Below are positions 52,067 to 64,000 of a stretch of 64,000 bases of DNA, piece after piece. The position numbers were made by a program, and so were the translations under genes. This DNA comes from Blepharisma stoltei ATCC 30299. Taxonomy: Eukaryota > Protista > Ciliophora. Below the pieces are notes generated by a model. It searched no databases and was not told the origin of the DNA. It saw only the letters and a program-made list of their open reading frames with translations. The number at the start of each line of letters is the position of its first letter. Position 1 is the stretch's first letter. Location of the stretch: NCBI GenBank assembly GCA_965603825.1, contig CBFDEM010000021.1:744001-808000 (forward strand). The letters run 5' to 3'.

Positions 52067-53318
52067 GGATTATATCGTTTGCTCCTAAAATTGCAGGAAG
52101 GTTTTATGCTTGAATAAGCAATTTTGTAACGTGGGATATTTTCTGCCAAGTTTCAAGCATCTTTTAATTCAATATTTTTAATATCTCTTATAGCTACAAT
52201 TAATTTTGATAGATTAGCCAAGATAGAAATCAGACCTTTGCTAATTTTTGATGCCATTAGCTTTAAGTAGAAATTCAATAGTTATGGCTTTACTAATGTG
52301 ATTTTATTTGCTATATTTGAGCATTGAATATGCTTTAATAGTTTCTATTAGTTGTTGAATGTCTTGCATAGTTGATTATAAATTTAATAGATCATTTTAC
52401 ATTTAGTGAAATATTCAGGCACGCTTATATGTTCAAGGCATTATTCCTCCAATTAATTTAAAATTCTTTCGAATAATTTGTCATTTACTTTTAAAGTCGC
52501 CTCAAATATGGAGAAAGAAACTAGCTCATTCGTTAGCTAAAAATCATCTAAATTTTTAGAAATTTTGTCAAATCCAAATACTGAAAAGATTACTTCCTTC
52601 TTAATGAAAATTACATATTAAAAGAAAATTCTTTATAAAATTGTGATATTTTTGTAACGAAAATAGAATTTCTAGAAATTTATTATAATTATGTCTTTAA
52701 AGACTTTAAAGTTTTTAGATTACTTAGAAAAGTGATAAAGCTCAGCAATAGATTACTCTGTATTAATCTATTTTGATAAAAAAGATAAAGACTGGCGATT
52801 ATTCTTTATTACCAAAATGAGATGCAACATTCATTGAGCAGCAATCCACAGGTGAAATTATCCATGAAACTTAATCCTTACAGCTGCGCCTTCCCTTTTA
52901 TTCACTTTTTATTTCAAATCTGATTTTTCGTTTTATAATTGCGAAAGTTTATTGATTCGAAACTTTACATACTTTTTAAAATTCAATAATTTCTGTTTCC
53001 ATGCATCGTTACTTATAAATTTATGATTTTGATTGGTTAATTAATTTTTATATACCGATATCATAATTTCCTTATAATTAATAATCTAAAATCTTGGGTT
53101 AGCAACTAATCTATCGGTTTAGAAAGATTAAATCATTTTATTTGAGTTATGATATCAATTTATTTGTTTCGCCTTATCGAAAAATTATGCTTTTTCTTTT
53201 GCGTTGTTAAAAATTATAAATTTAACTTTAAACTTAAACTTCTTATCATTTAGATTATTAATAAAACGTTCGAACAACTGCGAATCCACATAAATATGCT
53301 TGATAATTTAGCCTATAA

Positions 53319-56300
53319 ATGAACCTTTTAATAGCAGTAACATTCTGGATTTTTACACAAGCAGGCAAATTTTATTTAGATGCCACTACATTGTTTGATT
53401 ATTATTTATATCAAGGTATAGGAGAAGTTCTTAATGATTCGAGTGGGAATGGGAATCATTGTGTGAATGGATTCACGGCTGAGGTTGATAATGATTCTGA
53501 CATAATTTGAACTAACAGAGGAGCTTATTTTTCTGGCTCAACCTTGGTAACCCCACCAATTAACTCAGTAGTCCAAAATTCAATCACAATTCCATCGTCT
53601 TTTACTATTAGAATGTGAGTATTGATGATTTCAGACGGGACAATATTTTCACGTTATGACAGCTCTAAAAATATTTTGATAAAATTCAGTGTGTCATCAG
53701 GGTATTTAAAATTTTGATCTTATTCATCAGGACAGACTTTTCCAGCAACAGGAAACCCTGGGCCAATATATATAGTCACTTATAGTAATTTATAATTAGA
53801 TCAATGAAATTATATCACTGGAACTACAAGCTATTTATTGGGTTCAACAACTGAAACTATATATACAGGAAGCTTATGAAGCTCATCAATATACTCAGGA
53901 AGCTATAGTGATAGTAGCAGCTCTGGCACAAATATTGGGTGCGATCCAGGATGCACTTCAGGATTTTCTGGGTATATTTATCAAATCACATTAGTCGATT
54001 TGGCAGAAAGCCTGACAAATATTTTGACATATTTTTCTTCTCATGTGATTCTGGCTGCTCTATATGCCTAAGTTCATCTAATTGTATATCCACCTGTAGC
54101 AATCCACAATATCCAGATAACTGCTCTTCGCAATGTACATGCCCTAATAGTGCGGTAGCAAGCTGCTCTAATTCAAATCTAAGTGTCTGCACAATTTGCG
54201 ATTCATCATGTTCAAGAACTTGCTCAGGTCCTGCATCAAATCAGTGTATTGATATTGTAAGTACATACTGTGGAGGCTATCCATACTCTTATGTCCAAAA
54301 AAAATGTTTATGAGGAGTTACTTGTCCTAGTAACTGCTATTATTGTGAAACAAGCTCTATATGTATTACCTGTAAATCTGGGTATTTCGTAAGTTCAGGA
54401 AGTTGCCCACAATGCGATTCAAGCTGCAAAACTTGTTCAGGAATCTCAACAAACTGTTTGAGCTGTCCTACATCTGGAGTTACTCCATCCTCATCAGGAA
54501 AGTGCCAATGTGCATCATCAGAGTACCAGATTTCTTCAAGCCCATTAACATGCGGAACATGCGATTCTTCTTGTAGTACATGCAGCGGATCTGGCTCAAA
54601 TAATTGCTTAACTTGTGCAAATTCGGCGATTACAATTGCATCTCCTCCTGGAAGTTGCAGTTGTGGGACGTCGCAATATATGATTACACAGAGCCCTTTA
54701 ACTTGTGGAAGTTGTGATTCTTCATGCAGCACTTGCTCTGGATCAGGATCAAGCAAATGTTTGACATGTGCGAATTCCGCCATAACAATTGCATCACCTC
54801 CTGGAAGTTGTAGCTGCGGAGTATCACAGTATATGGCTTCTCAAAGCCCCTTAACCTGTGGGAATTGCGACAGCAGTTGTAGCACTTGTAGTGGTTCAGG
54901 AGCAAGCAATTGTTTAACTTGTGTAAATTCTGCAATAACAATTTCATCGCCTCCTGGGAGTTGTAGCTGTGGAACGTCGCAATACATGATATCCCAAAGT
55001 CCTTTAACATGTGGAAATTGCGACAGCAGTTGCAAAACTTGTAATGGTTCAGGAACAAGCAATTGTTTAACTTGTGCAAATTCTGCAATAACAATTGCAT
55101 CGCCTCCTGGGAGTTGTAGTTGTGGAACATCACAATACATGATATCTCAAAGTCCTTTAACATGTGGTAATTGTGACAGCAGTTGTAAGACTTGTAATGG
55201 CTCAGGAACAAATAATTGTTGAACTTGTGCAAATTCTGCAATAACAATTTCATCGCCTCCTGGGAGTTGCAGCTGTGGAACATCGCAATACATGATTTCT
55301 CAAAGTCCTTTAACATGTGGTAATTGTGACAGCAGCTGTAGCACTTGTAATGGCTCAGGTGCAAATAATTGCTTGACTTGCGCAAATTCTGCAATAACAA
55401 TTGCATCGCCTCCTGGGAGTTGTAGTTGCGGAACATCACAATATATGATATCCCAAAGTCCTTTAACATGTGGGAATTGCGACAGCAGCTGTAGCACTTG
55501 TAGTGGCTCAGGTGCAAATAATTGCTTGACTTGCGCAAATTCTGCAATAACAATTTCATCGCCTCCTGGAAGTTGCAGCTGCGGAACATCACAATACACA
55601 ATTTCTCAAAGTCCTTTAACATGTGGTAATTGCGATAGCAACTGTAGCACTTGTAATGGCTCAGGAACAAATAATTGTCTAACTTGTGCAAACTCTGCAA
55701 TAACTATTGCATCGCCTCCTGGAAGTTGCAGTTGCGGAGCATCACAATATATGATATCCCAAAGTCCTTTATCATGTGGTAATTGCGACAGCAGCTGCAG
55801 CACTTGTAGTGGCTCAGGTGCAAATAATTGTTTAACCTGTGCAAATTCTGCAATAACTATTGCATCGCCTCCTGGAAGTTGCAGCTGCGGAACATCACAA
55901 TATATGATATCCCAAAGTCCTTTAACATGTGGTAATTGTGACAGCAGCTGTAGCACTTGCAGCAGCTCAGGAACAAATAATTGTTTAACTTGTGCAAATT
56001 CTGCAATAGCAATTTCATCGCCTCCAGGAAGTTGCAGCTGTGGAACATCACAATACATGATTTCTCAAAGCCCTTTAACATGTGGGAATTGCGACAGCAG
56101 CTGTAGCACTTGTAATGGCTCAGGTGCAAATAATTGCTTGACTTGCGCAAATTCTTCAATTATTTTATCAGCCACACCAAGTTCTTGCAGTTGCAACTCT
56201 AACGAATATATGTCCTCTTTAAACCCAAAAGCATGTAGCTCCTGCTATAGTTTATGTGCTACATGCTCTGGTGGATCATCTGGAGACTGTTTGACTTGCG

Positions 56301-59300
56301 CAAGTTCTTCAATTATTTTATCAGTTACTCCAAGCTCTTGCAATTGCAACTCTAACGAATATATGTCCTCTTTAAACCCAAAAACCTGCAGCTCCTGTGA
56401 TACTTCATGCGGGACATGCTCTGGAGGATCATCTACAGATTGCTTGACTTGTGCGAATTCTTCAATTGTTTTATCATCTACACCAAGCTCTTGCACTTGC
56501 AATTCCAATGAATATATGTCAGCACTAAGCCCAAAAACCTGCAGTTCTTGTCATAGTTCTTGTGCTACTTGCTCTGGAGGGTCTTCCGCAGACTGTTTGA
56601 CTTGCACAGATAGTTCAGTCACTCCTGCTACATCACCAGGATCATGCACTTGCGCATCAAATCAATATAAATCTTCAAGCTCTCCATTGGCGTGTACTAA
56701 TTGTGATTCATCATGCAGCACTTGCGCTGGCTCCACAATTAGCAGCTGCTATACTTGCACAGATTCCTCTATAACTCCAGCAACAAGTCCAGGCGCTTGC
56801 TCATGCTTATCCTCCCAATATATAATCACAAGTAACCCTTTATCTTGCGGAAGCTGCGATTCTTCATGTTTAACTTGTAATGGATCATCCAGCAATGACT
56901 GTCTAACGTGCTCAAATACTTCAATCGTGCTATCAGTCACTCCAAGCTCATGTAGTTGCAACTCGAATGAATATATGTCCTCGTTAAATCCAAAAACCTG
57001 CAGCTCCTGTTACAGCACATGTGCGACATGTTCTGGAGGCTCATCATCAGATTGTTTAACTTGCGTAGATACCTCAATCACACTAGCTGCATCACCTGGA
57101 TCATGCACATGTGCATCAAATCAATATAAAACTGCTAATTCTCCTCTATCCTGCAGCAACTGTCATTCCTCATGCAGCACCTGTACTGGCTCTTCAATTA
57201 GTGACTGCTATACCTGCTCTTACTCCTCTATAACTCCAGCAACAAGTCCAGGGTCTTGTTCATGCTTATCGAACCAATATATAATTACAAGTAGCCCTTT
57301 ATCTTGTGGAAACTGCGATTCATCTTGTGGCACCTGCAGTGGCTTATCAAGTAATGATTGTCTGGCTTGCCCTAATTCTTCAATTGTTTTATCACCTACA
57401 CCAAACTCTTGCACTTGCAATTCCAATGAATATATGTCAGCACTAAACCCAAAAACCTGCAATTCTTGTCATAGTTCTTGTGCTACTTGCTCTGGAGGAT
57501 CTCCTGCAGACTGTTTGACTTGCACAGATACTTCAATCACTCTTGCAACATCACCAAGATCATGTACTTGTGCATCAAATCAATATAAATCTTCAAGCTC
57601 TCCATTGACTTGTATTAATTGTGATTCATCATGCAGCACTTGCTCTGGGTATGGCCCTTCTCAATGCTTAACATGTGCAAATTCTGCAATAACTCCAAGC
57701 ACAACTCCTGGCTATTGTAAATGCAACACTTCTGAATATATTAAAACATATTCCCCCCTTTCTTGCGGAGCATGTGACTCTTCTTGTCACGATTGTGCAG
57801 GAGGATCTAGCAATGATTGCATTACTTGCTCTAACTCTGAAATCACGCTATCAAAGACCCCAAGTTCTTGTTTTTGTGGATCATCCCAGTATACTATATC
57901 AACAAGCCCTTTATCTTGTGGAAATTGTCATAGTTCATGTGCCACCTGCACTGGACCAAATAAAACTCAATGCTTAACATGCTCAAATTCATCAATAACA
58001 CTAGCGAATCCACCGGAATCTTGTTCTTGTGATGCATCACAATATTTAATTTCAAGCTCACCATTAAGTTGCGGCAATTGTTATGCTGACTGCTATACAT
58101 GCATAGGATCCAATCCAAACCAATGCACATCATGCACAAATTCATTATTAACCCCATCATCAAGCCCTGGATTTTGTTCTTGTCAAACCTCTGAATATAT
58201 TTTATCAAATTCTCCTCTTGAATGTGGGCCTTGTCATGAGAGTTGCAAAACCTGCTCAGGCCCTAATTCTGGCAATTGCTTAACCTGTAATAATTCTTCA
58301 ATAACCCTAGCTACTACACCTGGATCATGCACTTGCGGCGAATCGCAGTATTTTGTTTCAAAATCTCCACTTGCCTGTGGAGATTGTCATGAAGACTGCC
58401 TTACATGTACTGGATCAGGCTCAAATCAATGTTTATCATGCAAAAACACTACAATTACCCCAAGCTTGGATGGACACTGCAAATGCAAATACAATGAATA
58501 TATAATTTCACTATCGAGTTTGGAATGTGGATCTTGTGATACAAGCTGCATGGCATGCATAGGTCCATCTGCAGATCAATGTTTGACCTGCAAAGATTCT
58601 TCAATAAATTTGGCAACTCAACCTTCTATATGTAGCTCTGGGGATAAAAATAGCACTCAAAATGGAGACGCATTAAACACACTTGCTAAAAATAGTGGAG
58701 GCTATGTATCTTCAGGCTTAATTATTGCTGGATTTGCGAAATCAGTTATCACAGGAAGGACAGGGACGTTATGAACTTATGTAAATATTGTCCAGCTCCT
58801 AGCCTTTATTCCTCTACAAAATATTGTAATCCCTGAAAGTCTTTATCACTTTTGAAAAGCATTTTTGTCTTACACAATTTTACCGAATTTTGGCAAAATT
58901 CTTTATGGAGAAGACGGGGTTGATGAGTCTCAATTATCAACACATTGATATAAATATGGATATAAAGGCAGCTCGTTTTTGGTCAATGGAGGAGGAATGC
59001 TTTTTATAGCTTTTATTGTATTTTTTTTATGAGCAATTGTGTATTCGCTAACATTTTATCCGAATGAAAAACTGCAAAATAAAATGAAAGTGATATTAGG
59101 AAAGTTTAAATATAATGCTTTTATTAGGTTGTGGTTAGAAATATATATTTTATTGATTACTGCGACTATAATTGGAATCAATAATCTGCTATTCGAAAGC
59201 TACGGTGCAGCTATAGACTCACTTCTATCACTGTTTTCATTTATTTTAAACGTATTTGTTACGATCATTTTGCTTTCTATTCTATTTCTATACAGATTTA

Positions 59301-59905
59301 AAATATATAGAAAATCTAGAAAAATTACAGCGAAATACGGCTCATTATTTGAAGAGTTTAAATCATGCAAAAGCTATGTTGAAATACTTTATTACCCATT
59401 TTTCCTATTTCGGAGGTTTATTTTTGCATTAAATCTCTACAATTCATCTGGCTCTCCGATAGTGCAATGATTAATAAATTTATTACACTCTTCATTGACA
59501 GTATTATTTTTGATAAAGTATTGGCACTTCAAAGATAAAGATAACCATTTTTTGAATGTGTCTGGAGAAATGCTTGTCGCGGTATCCTTTTTACTTACTG
59601 GCCCATATATATATGATATTTCTTACACAATGAATTATGGTATCCAAGTCGCTGTTATTGGTCTTACTTTTTTATACTTGGTTACAAGCTATTATTTCTT
59701 AATTGCAAAAATCTGTAGCTCTATTAAGGCTAAATTTGAAAAGAAAAAGAATGCAGTAGCGCCAGAATCAGTAGGCATAAATGAAAATGCTTCTGAGGTT
59801 AATGAAACTTCATTAAGAAGACAACCAATATATCTTTCAAATCCTATGTTCAACTCAAGCGAGACCATAATAACTGACAAAGTTAATGAAAAAAATTTGA
59901 TTTAA
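53319..59905 (+). CDS. Gene F: LamG-like + ~27 Cys-rich 51-aa repeats + ~9-TM domain (one apparent 1-nt frameshift at ~54040)
   Basis: Paralog of D and E; introns 53365-53379 (GC-AG) and 53785-53799; DSSGNGNH..NRGAYFSG; a -1 shift is needed at TCT TC-TCA TGT; otherwise open with TGA=Trp to TAA at 59905. Confidence 0.75.
54605..56134 (+). repeat. Ten near-identical 153-bp coding tandem repeats
   Basis: Unit CLTCANSAITIASPPGSCSCGTSQYMISQSPLTCGNCDSSCSTCSGSGANN starts at 54605, 54758, 54911 ... 55982. Confidence 0.93.
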
Positions 59906-61158
59906 TTTATAAAGCTATTTCTTACTTGTAATTCGGTTATTTTCATGAAAAGATTGGAAGGAATTTTCAAGCACGTTAAATCAATAAATGAAAATTGCTG
60001 TAAATAATTAAAAAATACCTAAAGATCTTATAAAAATAATTAAAAGATGACTTGAAATCAAGTTTGAAAATTTTGTTTGAGTCGAATATAAAACAATCTA
60101 TATCAATAATATATATTCTATGCTATTAATATATGCAAGACAAAAAGAAAGAATAAAAATTATTGATTTAGATTCAGCTTAAATGCGAAATTGGTACTCC
60201 TTACCACACATAGTTACTCGAAGAATTTTGCTATTAAATAAAATTTAATCAGATAATTAAACTTACAGAAGCCTCAATGCAATGCCGTATCGATATTACC
60301 TCTAGTCTTTTAGAAAGTCTCTTGCAACCCCTTTAGTTAACTTCTCTATTCTGACATTTAGCGTCTAGCTGATTCATCCCCACTTTGAATTGAAAGTCCA
60401 CTTGCCAAATTTTGTTGACACATGGAGGCCTATAAAGCTTAGATCTTCGCGTGTGAAGATAGCCCTTATAGAATTACAACAAGTTTTTCGTTAAGTCTTA
60501 ATAGTATAGCAGAGCTTTAGATAAATAGCGAAGTTAACTTTCTTGTCATATATTATATTTATTAGTTTAAAAAATAACCAGACAAGTTTTTTCAAATTTT
60601 AAAGACTGAAAAACATTAACATAATAAATTGTTTTTATTCTCAATATTAAGGAAAAACAATATAATACGCAGTTAAATGAATGATAGGCAATTGACGAAT
60701 AATGCCAGATACTTTAATAGTTATTTTATATTTATTTGCATTCCAGATGCGATATTTAAAAAAGATCGTGATTATATAAAATCAAAGTTAGAAAGCTGGC
60801 TTTGTGTGAAAAGTAAAAATGTAATGACTTTTTATATATAAAAATATCGCAAATTACATTAAATTTAGAGAATCTGTGAATTATTTCTTGCTTTTATGTC
60901 TGGATATTGGCAAATAATTATAAATTCATTCTAATCATTAATTTAAATTTTTTTATTCTGAGAGCAAAGACAATTAGTTATCATGTGCAAATGACAAAAT
61001 TTTATTATATGCATAATTAATAAATATTTTAGGATGTGACTGTTTCGAACTAAAATAATTATTTTAAAATTTCCGCCATTTTAGTAGAAAAAACCTATGA
61101 AGCTTCTATTATGTAGTATTTTCGCAAATGCCTAAGTCTAATGGTTTAAAATTAAAAT

Positions 61159-64000
61159 TTAACTATCTTTAACCTCTCTAGCACTTCCTCTCTCTCCTGC
61201 AGAGTTTGGTGTATCAGCTGTATCCTCCTCGCTATCTAGCTCGTTATTTTCTCGATATTTCTTTAATTTATATTTTTCATAGAAATCCATCAATTTCATC
61301 ACTATAAAAGAAACCGCTGCTGCTTTGACTATTGAAGTAAAAAATATATTAACTGAATAACTGATTCCTGTATTTAAAACCCAAGTTTTGCTGACTGACT
61401 GCTTAAATTGTATTGCATATAGAGCTATGCTCCAACAAAAATAAAAAATAATGCCCCAAGCTAAAATAATTCCAATTCATCTTTTAATTTTGTTTCTCCT
61501 AAGTACAGTTTTATACTGGAGAGCAGTCATATGGATATCTATTAGCTTTTCCTGCAGAAAATAATTGAGGACCATTGTTATAACGATCATAAATAAAGAA
61601 GACCAAACCATAATCCAGAAATCTGACCAGCTATAATCGATAGGAGAATCTGAGCTTGAATTGTCATCTGAATTAGTTGACTCAGTTGTATTTGTTGAAT
61701 TGGTCGTAATGGTATCATCTGAGGATTTTGTATCCTGATAAAACATGCCTATAAAGAACATTTGGCCTAATAGGCCCAAGAAAAATAAAGTAAGTCTGCT
61801 AAAGCTTGGCCTTTGAGGCACTTTTGCAAACATGATATTAAGTAGCTCATGTTTTTCTAGCAAGATTTGAAACCATCTCTTTATTAGAGTATTTTTATCA
61901 TCTTTATTAACTGTATCATCACCACTCATATCAGATGGAAATGTGTAAACAAAGACTTCCTTGGGAGCACTGTATACATCTTCATAATTACTGTTTTGCT
62001 GAGCTTTTTTACAAGGCCAACATTTCTTTTTCTCAGTTTTATTATTTAATGCTTCATCTATGCCATCATTCTTTCCTCATCTTGTGGAAATTTTTTCAAG
62101 TTTTAAAGGATCTCCCATCAGTTTCCTCCTTAGTTTTTCTTCTTCTAATTCTTCTTTTCTATCTTTCTTATATGCAAAATATCCAAAAATTCCATACACA
62201 GCCAAAGTAACAATACAGAAATAAAGGCCAATCGCATTCGACGAATTTATCTTGCTCCAGGCAGCAGCATTTACAGTGTCTCCTATATTTGAGTCTACAA
62301 GTGTGGAACTTGCAGCATTGAGTGCTGCGAAAGTTGTAAAGTGATTGCAGCTGCAAATGATATCATATGAGTTAATTTTATATCTTGTGCATCCTTCCGT
62401 GCTCCAGTTCATTGTTTTAGTATCTAAAAATACACATTGAGGCGTATAGTTAGAGTATTTTATGTTCCATACAGGGATTTGGACTAAAATGTTTGAAGTT
62501 GTTAAATTGGCAGTTATTTCCTGATTAGATGTATGGCCATACATAGTGAAATCTACAACTGAAGAAGATAAATTGTTTGGATTATTCGGACAATCAAAGA
62601 CTGAGAGAGCGAGATTAACAAAATCCTCATCTGTAATTGTTGCCATTTTAGTTGAAAAATCAGTTGGAAAAGTTATGGAGGCTTTCCCATTACTTGATAC
62701 AAATGTGTATCCATTCATATCGCTTAAAGCCATCACAGTCATTGTTATACCAAGATTGCTCACAGTTATATTGCGGATTTCACTTAAAACCATTTGTGCA
62801 AGTACCAGATTTTCAATGCTATTGAGTGCTTCAACAGCATTTTCTAGATCTACTTTATTTGTAACTATGCTGGTTGAATTATACAAGTGTGCTTGGCTAG
62901 TCGCTGTGAAATACTTATATGGCTGCTGCCTTTGCAGCATTTGAGAGATAGGGATATTGCCAAAGATACTAATAATCATTTCACAAACCCTGCTTTCAGT
63001 ATTGCTGCTATTTAAATAAGGGTTAAAAGTTATCATTGATAGTAAATTTGAAAAAACAGACACAGATTGGCTATCAAATTGGCTATTTTTGATTAATTTC
63101 TCTGTTCAGCTAAGGGTTGACTCAACAACATTTTCATAAAAAGAAAGTGACGCAGAAGACGGAACTTTAAAATTTCCTGCTAGCCAATAATCTCTGTTCA
63201 GTATCGATGTGCACAAAGCAGAAATCACTCCAGGATATGATTGCGGATTTGATGCTATTGAGTTTACATAGTTTGTATAATTAGAAAACAATCCTTCCTG
63301 GTCTAAATTTGTATTGACTGAAATGCTAATGCTGCTAGTTTTTCTTGAAGAAGCTCTTAAACTGTCATAAACATCTACAAAAACTGTGAGAGAACTGCCA
63401 ACATATGGGAAGGTTGAAAAATAAGTAGTGCTTTGGTTTTTGAAATTCAAGTAAGCATCGTTGCTTCCAGTAAGGTACCCAAAAGAATAAGAAATAGGCA
63501 GATTGCTTTCATCGTCAACCCACCCAAGTGCTTCCATTTTAAAAACAGTTTCCAGTTCTGTACCACTTGTAGGAGTCACTGTTAAAGTTCCTGAATATGG
63601 AGGAGAATTTACGTAAAAAACATAGTTGAAATATGAATAATTAGTTCCATCGTAAACAGATAGAGTAAGAGTATATGTGTGTCTGGTTTCTAACGTGCCT
63701 TCATCTATAGATATAAACAATTGAGTAAGAGGCGTTGAAAATTTAATAGTATTTGTGTTGTCTACGCTTCATTGATAAGTATATTGATTTTGGGTATCTC
63801 CATTTATCTTGGCTTGAAATAGCACCATTGTGTTTGCTGTAACAACTGATGGTTGAGATTGAGTTAGAGGGTTTAAAATTGTTAAAGTAGGAGTAGAATA
63901 GCTCACTGTACTTATTGTTACGATTTCTTTAGTCTGAGTACTCCTGCTCGATAGAAACCTATCATCTCTTAGCTGTCTCCGTGTAGAAAAATCAGCAACA
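61159..64000 (-). CDS. Polycystin-1 (PKD1)-like REJ + GAIN/GPS membrane protein (5' end outside window)
   Basis: REJ motif NSPPYSGTLTVTPTSGTELETVFKMEALGWVD; GPS motif CVFLD...WSTEGC...CSCNHFTTFA; TM1, then HELLNIMF..PSFSRLTLFF..MFY and three more TM segments; TGA=Trp at 63106, 62077 and 61477; TAA at 61159. Confidence 0.85.

Noticed and set aside
53972-53994. 23-nt GT..AG segment that would repair the frame of gene F
   Set aside because: It encodes GYIYQITL, homologous to coding sequence in D and E, and the length is atypical.
54605-56134. Regular repeat array resembling a CRISPR or satellite
   Set aside because: No unique spacers; the unit is an in-frame 51-codon protein repeat in a eukaryotic gene.
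54340-58208. Long antisense and alternate-frame ORFs over the Cys repeats (e.g. 54684-55700 minus)
   Set aside because: Shadows of the 153-bp repeat's codon pattern; no independent protein features.

Overview
Eukaryotic, AT-rich, gene-dense DNA from a heterotrich ciliate, most likely a Blepharisma macronuclear chromosome (inference). UGA is read as Trp: in-frame TGA falls on invariant Trp positions of Rab11, NDR kinase, CDPK, Sin3, tyrosine aminotransferase and MORN repeats, and every true gene end is TAA or TAG. Introns are only 15-16 nt long, each with an A six bases from the 3' end. The supplied ORF track therefore splits most genes, and the genes below were rebuilt by hand. Positions 1-30.4 kb hold compact housekeeping and signalling genes: a tandem-DOMON protein, Sin3, an IQ-MORN protein, an alpha/beta hydrolase, a frameshifted 2OG-Fe(II) dioxygenase, Rab11, a divergent FAH head-to-head with a TAT, a CDPK, RNASEK/V-ATPase subunit f, Vps20, TMEM184, DNAL4, an NDR kinase, a catalytically dead CDPK, a PB1-HTH protein, a sulfotransferase and a CFAP97-like gene. 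Positions 31.5-64 kb form a surface-receptor island: three tandem double-Venus-flytrap + ~9-TM genes, three LamG + Cys-repeat + ~9-TM genes with relics of further copies, and a PKD1-like REJ-GPS gene. The main candidates for new biology are a shared 9-TM scaffold carrying swappable ectodomains, the pseudo-CDPK, and the FAH-TAT pair in which FAH has a remodelled substrate pocket. All family assignments come from motif recognition only; no searches were run.
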